A DNA stretch of 61,249 bases, filler included, from Globobulimina sp. (lineage: Eukaryota): NCBI GenBank assembly GCA_003354225.1. It is 21 parts of 21 records of this genome, joined end to end, with 100 filler letters (N's around TTAATTAATTAA, not from the genome) between each part and the next. Parts side by side here need not be neighbours in the genome. Positions count along the whole stretch, not along the records: positions 35,070 to 37,890 come from PIVH01004745.1; positions 37,991 to 40,811 come from PIVH01004746.1; positions 40,912 to 43,731 come from PIVH01004747.1; positions 43,832 to 46,651 come from PIVH01004748.1; positions 46,752 to 49,571 come from PIVH01004749.1; 16 more parts are not named here. One strand, written 5' to 3'. A program made the position numbers and the translations under genes. Shown piece after piece: positions 35,671 to 48,092 of this stretch. The stretch's first letter is position 1. Each line of letters starts with the position of its first letter. The notes beneath the pieces are model-generated. The model did not search any database and had not been told where the DNA came from. It saw nothing but the letters and a program-made list of their open reading frames with translations.

Positions 35671-37890
35671 ATGACAACATTACAAATGAAACGAGAAAAC
35701 GATAATTTAAAAAAACAATTATATGCTTCCCAAAAACAAATAGATGAATACAAAAAGCAATTGGATGAATTACAGTCGCAAACACAGAGACGCAAATCTT
35801 CTGACAGCAAAAAGCAGATCCCATCCAAACAAATACCATCACTGCCATTGAAAAAACACATTACCAACTCCAACAACGATAAAATTGTGACTTCTGTAAA
35901 TAAAAACGACGCAACAAACGCATTATTGGCAAAATTTAGCGCTAAAAAACCATCCTCAACAAACAATGGAATTATTGCTACAGTAAATAAAAATGATGCA
36001 ACCAATGCATTATTATCAAAATTCGCTAAACAAAAATCAGAAAATGTTTTGAATTCATCGCCAACCGAGCTAGACAACAAAACTCTATTTAAAAAATATG
36101 AGATTATGTTGAAAATTGGTGTTGATTTAAGGTATTTTATATAAGTACAGAAACAGCAAAATATCTCCAATTCAGATTCACTGTTTCTGATATATCGTTT
36201 TTTATTTCTCACAATATGTGTTTTTAAGTGGCGTAATAACCCAAATGAAGAAAGATGATATGGAACAGAATGTAATCAACGAATTTAATAAATTGCACGG
36301 CGGCACCAACACTGACGACGAAAAGGAAGAAACTGACCCAATTAAACTTGGCTTGCCATCAAAAGCCGACATCGCAGCGCCTAAACAAGCCATGAAACGG
36401 TTGCATTGGACACCGGTGAAAATAAAAAGAATAAAACAGTCAATTTGGGGCAAAGTCAATCAAACCTAGCACGATTATGACCCTCTTTCATTCCAACTAA
36501 ACTTCCAAACTAGAAATCAAAACCCTGGTTTTTCCAAAGATGCACTGAAACAGGCCGTTGATAAACAGTCGGAGAACAATGAAATTTGGTTTGTGAGCTC
36601 GCAGAGATCGCAACAAGTTCAGATTGGTTTGCGTAAATATCATATGACCAATGAACAGTTGCGATGCATGATATTGACAGTGGATGATACCAAGTTAAAT
36701 GTGGATGATTTAAGTGCATTGATAGATATTATCCCAACTCCCGAGGAACAGGTACGAGACTATGCGGTGAATATGTTTTCAAATTGATTTTGTTATTATT
36801 ATATATACAAAAAAGGTGTTGGCTGAAAAAATGAGTGAAGAGAAAGAAATAAATAACTTTGGAATTGCTGAAAGATTCTTTTATTCGTTATATGATATTA
36901 TCGAATTACAGCCACGTTTTAAAAAATGGCTATTTATGTTGCAATTTGATGAGAAAATACACCGTTTGAATGAATGGATTACGATCATTGAGAAAGCAAA
37001 AACGGTTATTGTTCACAGTAAGAATTTGAAACAAATATTTAGCGTTTTATTGGCATTTGGGAATCATATGAATTATGGCAATAAAGCCAAGGGAAATTGC
37101 TATGGGTTCCATTTAGGAGATTTGTCACTTCTTCCTCAGATTAAAACGTTTGATAAATCTCAGACATTCCCAATGTTTTTATATGCTTTTATTGAGAAGA
37201 AATTTTCGTATTTGTTGAATGGATTAATTAATGAATTTTATTTAGTGGAAAAAGCATCGAGTATTGGCGTTGAAAATATCGATAAATTATATCAAGAGTT
37301 GATTGATGAAATGAAGGATTTGAGGGCAATGATTGACAGATACAAAGAGGAATATTTTGAGACATTGTCTGACGATGATAACTTTTTGAAGGCAATGGAA
37401 ATATTTCAAGGTATGTAGCATTGAATAAAATTATTTTGTTTTTTATTGAAATTGTTTGATTGTGAATGTGCAGGAAAAGCGAGGAAGAAAATGTTTAAAT
37501 TGACATTTAAACATAATTTGTTGAATAAATGTGAGAAACAATTAATTGAATATTTTGCGTATGATGTTGAGGACCAAAGTGTAAATATTACGAAAATTTT
37601 GAAAGATTTATATTTGTTCATTGAAATGATGAAACATAGCAAAATAAAATTGAATGAATTGGAAAAACGTCGACGAAAAAAAGCGTCATTAAAAAGAAGA
37701 AAAAATAAACATCGTCGAAGGAAATCAAATTCAGATAAATTGAATAAAAACAATTTGAATATCAAACATATGAAGACCAGCACACTTCGATTTAAATTGT
37801 TTGCCATCGGTTTGGATGATATCGACACGCCGCTGGTGTCAAAACAAACGAATTTGAACCACGTCAATGTCAAATTTAGTGAGATCAACT
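35671..37890 (+). CDS. Formin (FH2) lacking a polyproline FH1, with in-frame TAG at 36467-36469
   Basis: 'KYEIMLKIGVDL|SGVITQM' (intron 36132-36228), 'MKRLHWTPV...SIW', 'RSQQVQIGL', 'IIPTPEE', 'AERFF', 'LAFGNHMN.G...GF.L..L..IK'. Confidence 0.85.
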
Positions 37891-37990
37891 NNNNNNNNNN
37901 NNNNNNNNNNNNNNNNNNNNNNNNNNNNNNNNNNTTAATTAATTAANNNNNNNNNNNNNNNNNNNNNNNNNNNNNNNNNNNNNNNNNNNN

Positions 37991-39839
37991 GTTGCCCAAA
38001 AAGGCAGAGCATAATGTGACGTTATTTGAGAAAGCGCCCTCTATCGATGAGACTTTTAATAAACACAAATTCGTGGACCATACATCGAAGAGAGGGATCA
38101 AGAAATTCCCGCAGCCGCCGCTCAGTGAATGGGTCGGGCGATTCAAAACCATCCACGATTTGATGCATAACATATTGTCTGATAACTTGGTGGTTATCTC
38201 TTGCGACAAAGGCCTGGGCAAAACCGCTATGATTTGCAGGACTTTGCATTATTTATGGGATCGCTCCTTGTTAGACGGCATATATTACTTTAATATCTAC
38301 CAAATATTGAAGAAAAATCCATCGTTATCTATTGCTCAGATTGTGTTTCGAAGCATATATCCGAAGCAGAAGAAGAATAACATCAATAATAAAGACTTGA
38401 TTGCCATCTTGCAACAGGAAGAGGAGAATGGCGGCGGTAAAGGCGTCTTGATTGTGTTTGAAGATATTGACGAGTTTGAGTATGAACATTTGGCTGAAGA
38501 TCAGCGGATTGATATTTTCATCGAGGAACTATTAGGTTTGTGTGACACTGTTAAGTTATTGTTGACTTTGGGGACTCCGGTGAATCAATGCTCGTTTTTG
38601 GCGAAATTGGATAAGCGAGTGGTTAAATTGAAGCCGTTGAAGAATGAGCAATCCATTAAATTGCTGGAGATTTATTTGCAAAAACATTTCTCTTTAAATA
38701 AGATTCGGAGCAATATCCCATTGGAGAAAATTGCGTCGTTTTGCAAAGGATATCCATTATTAATCAAATACGCTGCCTCTCGCTTTCAAAACGACGATGA
38801 TTTGTCAAATTTGAACCTACGAAAGCAAATCCGGGAACAGGTATTGACTGAGTTCGAAGCGCTCAAAATGACGCGATATTGGAAGGAGTTGTCTTTGGAA
38901 CGCAATAATTTGCGAATTGGCGAATTAAAACAGCGGATTCGACAGCGAGATGGCCAGGAACTGTGGGAGGAAATGTATGGTTATCGCTCGCGCGGATTAT
39001 TGAATACATTGTTATATCGCATGAAAGAATGGTATCGAGAGCATGTCGGCGATGCGCAATTCAGATGTCGACCCATTTGGACCTATTACGAGTTGGAATT
39101 CATCCAAATGGAATTGTTGCCATTTTTGGCGAAAAACACAAAGTCTACGTTCAAACCGCCCAAAGAAGTGGTACAGCGGTTGGAGACCAATGATTATATA
39201 AAGATTATGGCGGACCACAACGGCAACAAAGCCAGTAAGAAGAAGTGGTATCATTTTGGGGGGAAACATAAGAATAAGAAGCCGCAGAGCAAAAAGCAAA
39301 AGGTTTATATGGCGGACGATGACGATGATAATAAGGTGTCTGAGGAGGAGAAGATACCCATTGAAGTATTTGCGGAGTTCTTTGAGTTTTGGAAGGAATT
39401 ATGGCGCACTATGATGGAGCCCAAAGTATCGCCGTTTTATTTTAAGAAGGATGAGATTTGTTTGATTGCAGGCATGATGTGCAAGGACAGGGCGTTGACC
39501 ATCATCTCGCAGTATGCCAAGGGCACTTTTTTGATTCGATTCAGTAAACAAAATGCAGGCTCGCTTGTGTTGGTGGTATCGACTGGTCCGGATCAGAAAC
39601 CATCGCAGCATAAAATTTATATAAATAAAAATATTGACGATGGGACCATCACTTTTGAGTATCAAACGGTGCGGAAAGGTATACATAGATCGAATTCTTT
39701 GTATGATTTGTTTAATCACTTACAATTTTTGGAACATTTATGGTATAAAAAAAGAGGCAATGATCAGGAATATATTCAAACGGATAAACGGAAAATATTA
39801 AAATTCTTTAAATCAAGAGCTGATGTTTGGAAATTGTAA
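37991..39839 (+). CDS. STAND/NB-ARC-like NTPase fused to a C-terminal STAT-type SH2 domain (5' partial)
   Basis: 'WVGR', Walker A-like 'CDKGLGKT' (38202-38225), Walker B 'LIVFEDID', 'LKPL...SIKLL' and GxP 'CKGYPLLI'. SH2 'IAGMMCKDRA...KGTFLIRFSKQNAGSLVL' (about 39465-39575). Confidence 0.82.
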
Positions 39840-40278
39840 ACTCATTCAGTCATTTCAGTGTCTATTCATATAGAATATATATGCTTATATATGTAAATTG
39901 TTATTGTTTTTGCTTTTTTTTGTTTCTTATTTTTTGTTTGCTTTTCTTGTCGATCATTGATATAAAATTCAAGCGGGTTTTTGCCGAATCTGATTTTGCC
40001 GAACTAACACCAGCTGTATATTTGCACTGTTAAGCTGTTCTCAATCTGATGTTGCAAGAGCACCCAATAAATATGTTCGATCAGAAACGGTATAACACAA
40101 AATGAGGGACCGTATAACACATAATATTAATTTAAAGCACAAAAACCAAACACATACAACAAATTCAACACAACACACAAAAGTTTATGTTATTATTGTT
40201 ATATAATTATATGATACGAATATCACAAAAATCGCTCATATTTTTTTTTCAAACTAGCACAAAAAAATATACTGTTTA

Positions 40279-40811
40279 TCAACGTTTTGAATCCTTGTAT
40301 CTGACAAATGCTTGCATTTGTAAATAAAGCATTTCTTCAATTGATTCATCAAAAATGTTGACTAATATATTTATATCAATATCATTATTATTCAGCCATA
40401 CATGTAAATCATTCATCATATCAATATATGTGTTTCTTAATATTGCAGAAATATTTATTTCTAACATGGTTTCTGTTTTAATATATTTTAAATATAAAAT
40501 ATATGATATAATTTTAAAATGTTTAATTAATTTTTTTTTATCCTTAAAGGCATCTACTTTGTCTCCATATGCATGATTATAAACAACCGAAGATTTTGGT
40601 GCAGATCTACATAATTCATAAACAAATCCCATTTTACAATTATCATCAATATCACCCGCATTATGATATTTATTATATAACATTAACAGATATTTTTTAT
40701 ACTGGACGAATTCGATGAAACTAAAAATTATTTCAGTTGAATACTCGTATGATAAATGAGCAACAAATAATTTAAATTCTTCATTATTTTTTAATACATT
40801 TAACAATTTTG
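40279..40811 (-). CDS. RGS domain C-terminus (probably of a 7TM-RGS protein), 5' partial
   Basis: 'FVAHLSYEYSTEIIFSFIEFVQYK' and 'LYLKYIK....EINIS...R', ending 'MQAFVRY'. Confidence 0.78.
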
Positions 40812-40911
40812 NNNNNNNNNNNNNNNNNNNNNNNNNNNNNNNNNNNNNNNNNNNNTTAATTAATTAANNNNNNNNNNNNNNNNNNNNNNNNNNNNNNNNN
40901 NNNNNNNNNNN

Positions 40912-42998
40912 ACAAGTTCAAAGTGGCGGTGACTGGCAAAAAAATCAATGTCCACCACATCGAGAACCTATTCCAGATCCATTCCACCGCCGAATCCTTC
41001 ATGTTATACGCCGCGACGCTCAAAGACATGCAAGAATGGATCGGCGTTGTCACCAAAACCTGCCATGACTACGTATCGCTGGCCACCACCGTCAAAAACG
41101 AGGAGCTCTCCGCCACCAAAAATGTGTACGCCGCGACACTGCAAATTCCAAACGACTTTGCCGAGAAATGCATGAATGGGACTGGCTGCGCTACAAAGTT
41201 CTCGTTTGTGAGCCGCAAACATCATTGCAAGTATTGCGGATTTGTAGTCTGCAGCAAGTGTTCGAGCAATCAGTTGCAATCTCGGCCCACCGCGGCCGAC
41301 GCCGGCACCACAATGGTGAGAGTGTGCGATGTCTGCTATGCAAAGCATGCCGGCGTGAAAAAGGACGCCAGTTCGCCGGCATTGGCGCATCAGCCCACCC
41401 CCAAAGCATTGGATATTTTGGGCTATGCCCGGCCGCCAACCGCCAGTCGGAGGAAAACGCTGAAAACGTTTGGCAGAGTGCGCGAAAACGAGTTGTTGAA
41501 AATGTATGAGAAACGAGCGAAAAAAGCAGAGGCTGAGGAGAAAAAAGAGGCAGTTCGAAGCAGTGGCGGACGGAATGTGCCACCTCCACCGCCGAAAAAA
41601 AAGCAGGCCGCGGCCGCTGTGTTGGATTTTGTGAAACTTGACATCGAGCCCAAGTTAATTGCATTGGAGACCGATAAGAAGAAATTGGAAGAAAAAGCGG
41701 CTGGTTTGCAAGCGGAGAATGACAGTTTGAAAAGCGAGCGATATGCAGAGAAACAGGCAACGGACAAAATGGCGAAGCAGAATGACGAATTGGTGCACGA
41801 TAACGAGAGATTGCAGTCGTTGTTGGATAAATTGTCGTCGACCACCGACCAGAAGAAGAAAGCGGAGCAAATTCAAAATGCGAAAATCAAAACATTGCAG
41901 TCGCACAACGACAATTTACAAACTGAGCTGAAGCTGAAAGAAGAAGAGATTGCGCGGCTTTTGCATTATAAGCAGAATTACGACCGATTGGAAAGCAAAT
42001 TGCGAGAAAAGGACGAGCAGTTTGGAGAATTATTGAGCAAATTCGGCAAATTGCACGAAATCAACAAGGAGATCGATGAGATGACCCAGTTAGCGGACGT
42101 CAGTAAGTCGGCTTCGTCGTCGCCCAGCAAAGCAGCAGCTGTCCCTCCAACAGTGGCGAGCATGGCGAGCCTCACAGTGAGCCATGCTGAGAGTGAAAAA
42201 AAACTTGAAGTGGATGCTAGTCAGTCACAGTCACAGTCACAGCGAGTGTGCCAAACCTGCAATAAAAAGATAGTTGGCCGCGCATTGCGCACAAAGGGCG
42301 GCTTACACCACAGAGCCTGCCATGTGTGCAAGGACTGCAATGTGTCGTTAGCGGGCAAGAAATATGGCATCACGCAGGCAAACGGCAAGAAAATCAAATT
42401 GTGCGAGCAATGTACAAATAAAATCAACGAAACGCGTCTGCTGCAGACACGGCAGAGACATAAAAGCAAATCGTCGTTGATGGACCAAATGAACCAATTT
42501 CGAAGTTCGGCCACCAGAGTACCCAAGCCATGGGAGACGAATTTAAATAAAAAATCTGTCAACAATACGCTAAAACCCTCGATAGCGGCGTCTATGGCGG
42601 CAAACCATAAAGGAAATAGCAATGAGAATGTGCCCAAAGCGAGGATGAAAAAATCCAGGTCAGTGAGCAAAATGGACACAGCTTTTTTAGGCGGTTACGG
42701 CGCGAAAAAAAGCAGTCGCAAATCTGCCTCGTTGATGACGCAAAAGAAATGTAGCAAATGCAAAGTGGCCATCTTTGGCAAGAATAAAGTGGAGGGAGCA
42801 AATGGCGCCGTGTTTCATCCGAATTGTTTTCGCTGTTTTGACTGTGATAACGAACTGCCAGCAAAGAATTGGAGGTCGTATCCGTCGCAAAGCAAAAAAG
42901 GAGGCAATAATATATTGACATTGTGCCCAAATTGTGTGCAAAAAAGAGATGAAGCACTCTTTTCGCAGTACAGAGGCAAACTTAAACTTAATATCTAA
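40912..42998 (+). CDS. PH-FYVE-coiled-coil-LIM-LIM protein (5' partial)
   Basis: PH end 'SFMLYAATLKDMQEWI', FYVE 'RKHHCKYCG.VVCSKCS...RVCDVC', coiled coil, and two LIM domains (CQTC...HRACHVCKDC; CSKC...FHPNCFRCFDC). Confidence 0.88.
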
Positions 42999-43141
42999 CA
43001 TTTCATTTGTTTTTTTGTGATTGCTTAATTTGTTTAATGTTTATACTGTTTTAATATTGTTTATTTTTTTCACTTCGCTATTCTTTTTTTTTATGTTTGA
43101 AATTCTAGTGATTTCTATTCGGACTCTCTCTTGGTTATGGC

Positions 43142-43220
43142 TGGCGGTGCGGTGCGGTGCGGTGCGTGTGTGGGTGTGGGTGTGGGTGGGTGTGGTGTGT
43201 CCGGCTGGCGGTGTGGGTGG
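43142..43220 (+). repeat. GT-rich microsatellite (GGTGC)n/(GTGTGG)n
   Basis: Visible tandem pentamer and hexamer units. Confidence 0.85.
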
Positions 43221-43256
43221 GTATGGTAAGATTCCAAATTGAGAGCCTACACAAGT

Positions 43257-43383
43257 TAAATAGTCGCCTAAATAGTTGCCTAAATAGTCATCATTTTCCG
43301 TTTTTTGTATTGAAATAATTACTAAATAGTTGCTCATTTTCGTTTTTGTCACTAAATAGTCACAAATAGTCTGACACACAGTG
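43257..43383. repeat. Cluster of (T/C)AAATAGT direct repeats ending at CACAGTG
   Basis: Six AAATAGT copies in about 115 nt, followed by CACAGTG at 43377-43383. Confidence 0.7.
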
Positions 43384-44082
43384 ACTAATTAACTTGTGTA
43401 GGATCCAAATTGCATATATTCCGTGATCAGTTAATATGATCTGGATCCAGATCGAAAACAAATGTAAAATATCTTTTTTCACTTCCAACTAACACTTTTT
43501 TCAGAGACTTCAAAAACTTGAAATGGTGCATGGTTTTAATTCATTAATTATAAAATGGTAATTATTTTATACGGATATTAAATTAATTACGGATAGGTGT
43601 TTTGGTTCAAATATCAACCGTCGTTGGCCAAAATACACGTTGTCGCCTTTAACTGACAGTAACTAGAGTCGAAACTTGGGGTCATGCCTTTTCGTCTCTT
43701 TATAACTCAGTGCCTGACCGGTTCCTAATTCNNNNNNNNNNNNNNNNNNNNNNNNNNNNNNNNNNNNNNNNNNNNTTAATTAATTAANNNNNNNNNNNNN
43801 NNNNNNNNNNNNNNNNNNNNNNNNNNNNNNNCTTTGAATACTAGGATTCGAAACCTAGGTCAACTTCGAATACTAGGTTGAAAACCACTCTAGCTAACCC
43901 AAAAACCTTGCCAATCACAAAAGAAGTGTTTAGAAGTTTAAGCCTAAAAATTCAAATGGTTTCGAAATCCGTAATAATTCAAGCAATGGAATATCTGTGA
44001 TCTCCATTCAAAATTCAAAATTTAGATAACAAAAAATATAAACATGAAATATATATATATAACAAAAAAAACAATTAACAAT

Positions 44083-46651
44083 TTACAAAGTACCCAATTC
44101 AAGAGACGGTTGTTGCTCTGCATGCGACGCAGCTTTTTCTTCTTTATTGATAGTGCTGTTGGAACCAGTGGTGTTAACAGGCGATACTTTACCATCCATA
44201 TCAAATGATTTTGGCGGATAGAATGATAAAATGATAGGTTGAAATATGACACCATTCAACCATCCAAATACAACAATTAAAACATATAAATTGAAATAAT
44301 ATAATTTGAAATAAGGCCAATTTGCAGCAGAAATGGGAGCAATCCCAATAACCGTAGTGATAGCACCTAATGTGACCGGCACAAACATCTCTTTTAAGGT
44401 TCGCCTCATTCTGTCCTGTCCTTCACTCAATGATATTGTTCCGGAATGAGTGGTTAATACAAAAGCTCGGCCAATATGCGCCGTAAACTCCATACTTAAA
44501 CCGATTGCAACCACAATATTCAACACCAACACGCCATTAACACGCAAACCAACATAATGACTGAAACCATAGACTTCCACAATCATCATCAAATTGCAAC
44601 ATATACAAACCAACACAGCAATTGGATTTAACAAAAACATATAACCAATCCCTGCCACTGCAATGGTCACAAATATCAAATTCTTCACCATATAGCCATG
44701 CACTCCAATATACCGACTATAAAAAGTGATGACAAAGCCAGCAGGAATTACATACAATTCATCTTCCTTCCACTTCTCCAATGTCTTCCGCAACGATATG
44801 ATGGTATCCACCGCATCTTGATCCGTATCCATCTTTCGAATCTCAAACGAATTGCGCGTACTCAATATCTCCGTATTACTTACATTCAATTGTGCGTAAG
44901 GCAGAGTAAACTCGATTGAACTTTGCGTCATCACACCACCCAACGGATCAATGTAATACAGCCATAATAAATTATTAAAACAAAAGGGATGTGGTATTCC
45001 ATTATCATCCCAGGCCTCTGCTGCAGTGATGAATGCCACCTCACCGCTTGGATCTGCTGCAAACGCCATGGCAGACATTGCGGAGCAAAATTCTGCAGCG
45101 AATTGTGCCTTTGACAGCGGCGCAATATACGTAGTCATGGTGGCCCAACTCGAATGGGTTAGTGTTGCGGCACAATAATCAAAAAAGAATGCCCACCGCG
45201 ACTCGGAATCGTAACTAAAGGCGACACAGTTAGTTAACACCGATTCGCAATATTGCTGCGAATAACTGATTAGCGTCGCTTGCCGTATAGCTTCGGATGT
45301 GTTGTCTGGAAATGTCATTATCCAATCCCAGGGTATAACGCCTATCATATTCCCTTCGTCCGTCAACATATCGCATATTGTACTCGGAATCGACACACTC
45401 CAATCATAGGCAAAGGCCGGTCTACATTCCACACGCGGCGCGTTCCACACTGCCGTACCACTGCCTTGGTCCAATTCGCATTTCCTACGCGCATAATATG
45501 TAGTACCGTTTGCAATGTTACAGGCACCGCCAATCGACACTGCCTGCAGCCGCCAGCCAACTTGCGTAGAATTGTCCAAAGGGTTATAGCCGCCTTGCAC
45601 AGTGGCAATGCTATTGATTCTAGTTTGCGGCCAAAACTGCTGAAACGGACCAATGTCCGCTTCGCACGACATTAGCGAACAAGCGGAGCTGTCAATGTCG
45701 GACGACCAATCTGCAAAACCTGCCGAGTTGTCACATAATCGACTTTGCTCGCCGCTATATCCCGCATCACACGCGATGGACGCGTTGCTATTGCCGGGTG
45801 TGAGTGGCCAGCCATTGATATCTGGGCAAAACCCAAACGAGAATAAACATTTTGGCGACAAGCCGCCCAAAACTTGCGCCTTTCCTGCAATGGTCGCAAA
45901 ACATGTGCCGGACGTGTTTCGCATACCCACTGCAAAGGAGGAACCACAAAACGTTTCTGTGTCCAGCTCACATTCTGCGCTCAACACATACGAGTTGGAG
46001 GCAATTTGCTGGATGGCATTCTTGCAACATCCATTTGGTAACGTGCCAATATTCTCGTATATACACTGCAACTGTCCGGTTAATGTATTCATTGGGAAAT
46101 AGGTCATATCAAAGGAGTCAGTCGGCTCATAATAAGTGCCGCAGACTGAATTATTTATAGCAGCAATGCTCGCGTTATCACAAACAGAATAATCATAGCG
46201 GAGATTGCTATAATCCCAATACCCGGCACGTGGAATGATACATTGTGTGTTATTTGTGGCTGCAGCTGCGTCTAATGACTGTCTGCAACATGAATCTGGA
46301 TCAGCCATAGCGAATAATGCTGCATAATCTGTCTCTATTTGTGGTCCATGTGTACCCCACGGAGAACTAAATATAAATTCTGAACAGTCCGCATACACAT
46401 TATCATAGCAGTTATTATTACAACTGTTGGTATCCTCATCAAACAAACATCTGTCTTTACTGTTACATACTTGTGCTTTCGCATCTGTTAAATTTATATT
46501 GCTGATATAACCCTCGATATCGGCGCAGGAAAAATCCACATCATCTGCTAATAATACTGATTTTATAGATGATTGACAACAATCGGACAACGTATCGAAA
46601 TATGAAAATAAACACGGCGCCAATAAATCACTTGCATATTCAATCACATTC
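44083..46651 (-). CDS. Patched/NPC1-family RND transporter C-terminal half (5' partial) with a Cys-rich luminal insert
   Basis: 'FYSRY', five C-terminal TMs, 'GLSMEFTAHIGRAF', 'PVTLGAITT.IG', 'YFKLYYF..Y...G..NG.IF.P.ILS'. Confidence 0.88.
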
Positions 46652-46751
46652 NNNNNNNNNNNNNNNNNNNNNNNNNNNNNNNNNNNNNNNNNNNNTTAAT
46701 TAATTAANNNNNNNNNNNNNNNNNNNNNNNNNNNNNNNNNNNNNNNNNNNN

Positions 46752-47829
46752 AATTTCACGAATGACAAATGATAGCAGCGATATGTTGGCACCAATTCGC
46801 AATTTGCTAGAAACCAAGAATTGGACCGAATATAAAATCAATCCATCGATAGATGAGTGGCAGAATTATGATTATCAAGCTATCAAAAAGGAACACAAAA
46901 GAAATGCATGGTACAATACTCTGAACAAACTAAGAAAAACATATAAAATTTCAAAAAAGAACAAATACCGCAAATCACTCTCTTCCCAATACGCCAAATG
47001 GAATATCACATACAACAAAATATTCAAAGTAGAATTAAAACAGTTAGAGTTTGCCAAATGGAAAAATATCTCAACTTTGCGCGTTGGCCATGGCATTCTC
47101 AACGCACAAACCAAATGGAAACAAGATACCAAATGTATACATTCTAATTGCGGCGAATTGGAAACAATTTCGCACTTTCTGCTACACTGCGAATCTTACT
47201 ATCATCTAAGAACTGAATTATTAAAACAGTACGAAGAGATTCTGGGTCTATACGATCCTGCATTTAGTTGGCCTGCAAGCGATGAGAATAAATTGAAAAT
47301 TTTATTGTTCCCGTTACATTTACAAATTACCTCCAAAAACATTATGCGAAATCAAAATGAATGGGACAAATATAGCGAAGCCCGAATTAGTTGTTTGAAC
47401 ATATTGGCGGAGTTTATTGATGATACAAAACGATTCACCAATCAATGGAATTATGATTTTCATACTTGGTAAATTCTGAATCATCTGAAATTAATCAAAA
47501 CTTGAATTAACTTTTTCTATATTTATTATACACTTTTACTGACTCTGTTGAGTCTTATTTTACTTTTTGTTTCTTGTTAGTAAAAAGATTTTGAAAAAAT
47601 CTATTGTGTGTCTTTTCCTTTTTATTCATTGTATGATTATTTTTGTCCGGGTTATGTGTATCCATACACAAACTTTACCGGTTGGCCACTTATTTATTGT
47701 CTTGCCGTTTTCTTCTGGCAAGCGCTTAATTTAAAAACTCCACTTTATTCCCTCCGCTTTCCAAAAACATCCTGGCTTTGACGAAACACGAATAATAATT
47801 TGTAAAATTTAACGAAGATGAAAAAAAAA
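46752..47829 (+). mobile_element. 3' end of a non-LTR retrotransposon (ORF2 C-terminal Zn knuckle, 3' UTR, short A-tract)
   Basis: Intronless ORF to 47472 with 'ISTLRVGHGILN...CIHSNCGELETISHFLLHC', typical of the C-terminus of RNase-H-bearing LINEs. A-run at 47821-47829 is a tentative end. Confidence 0.72.
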
Positions 47830-48092
47830 GTGACGTTTGAAAGCACCCTTTTTTTTGTATATTTTGTTGGTTAATATAAACTATAATTGTTACAATGAAA
47901 AGAAAAGAAAAGTGAATAATGTGTTTGAACTCAGTAACTGCGAAAGTTCAGCACGAATACCCGACCAAATGGTAAACTAAAGATTAAATAAATTACATGC
48001 TAATAATTCATGGATTGCAATGTATCTGCAAACCTTTACTTAAGAAAACATCTTTGGTAAAAACCTTTTTTTTAATGCTCAAGTCCTGAACA

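Noticed and set aside
23810-36469. Ciliate-like reassignment of TAA/TAG
   Set aside because: Long conserved genes (CK1, VIP1, WNK, ALG9) have no internal TAA/TAG, and TAA, TAG and TGA all end genes normally here.
43142-43220. GT-rich repeat as a telomere
   Set aside because: It is short, internal and has mixed units.
43832-43882. Short repeated palindromic motif (GAATACTAGG / ACCTAGGT) at a contig start
   Set aside because: It may be a repeat edge, but it is too short and truncated to support a call.
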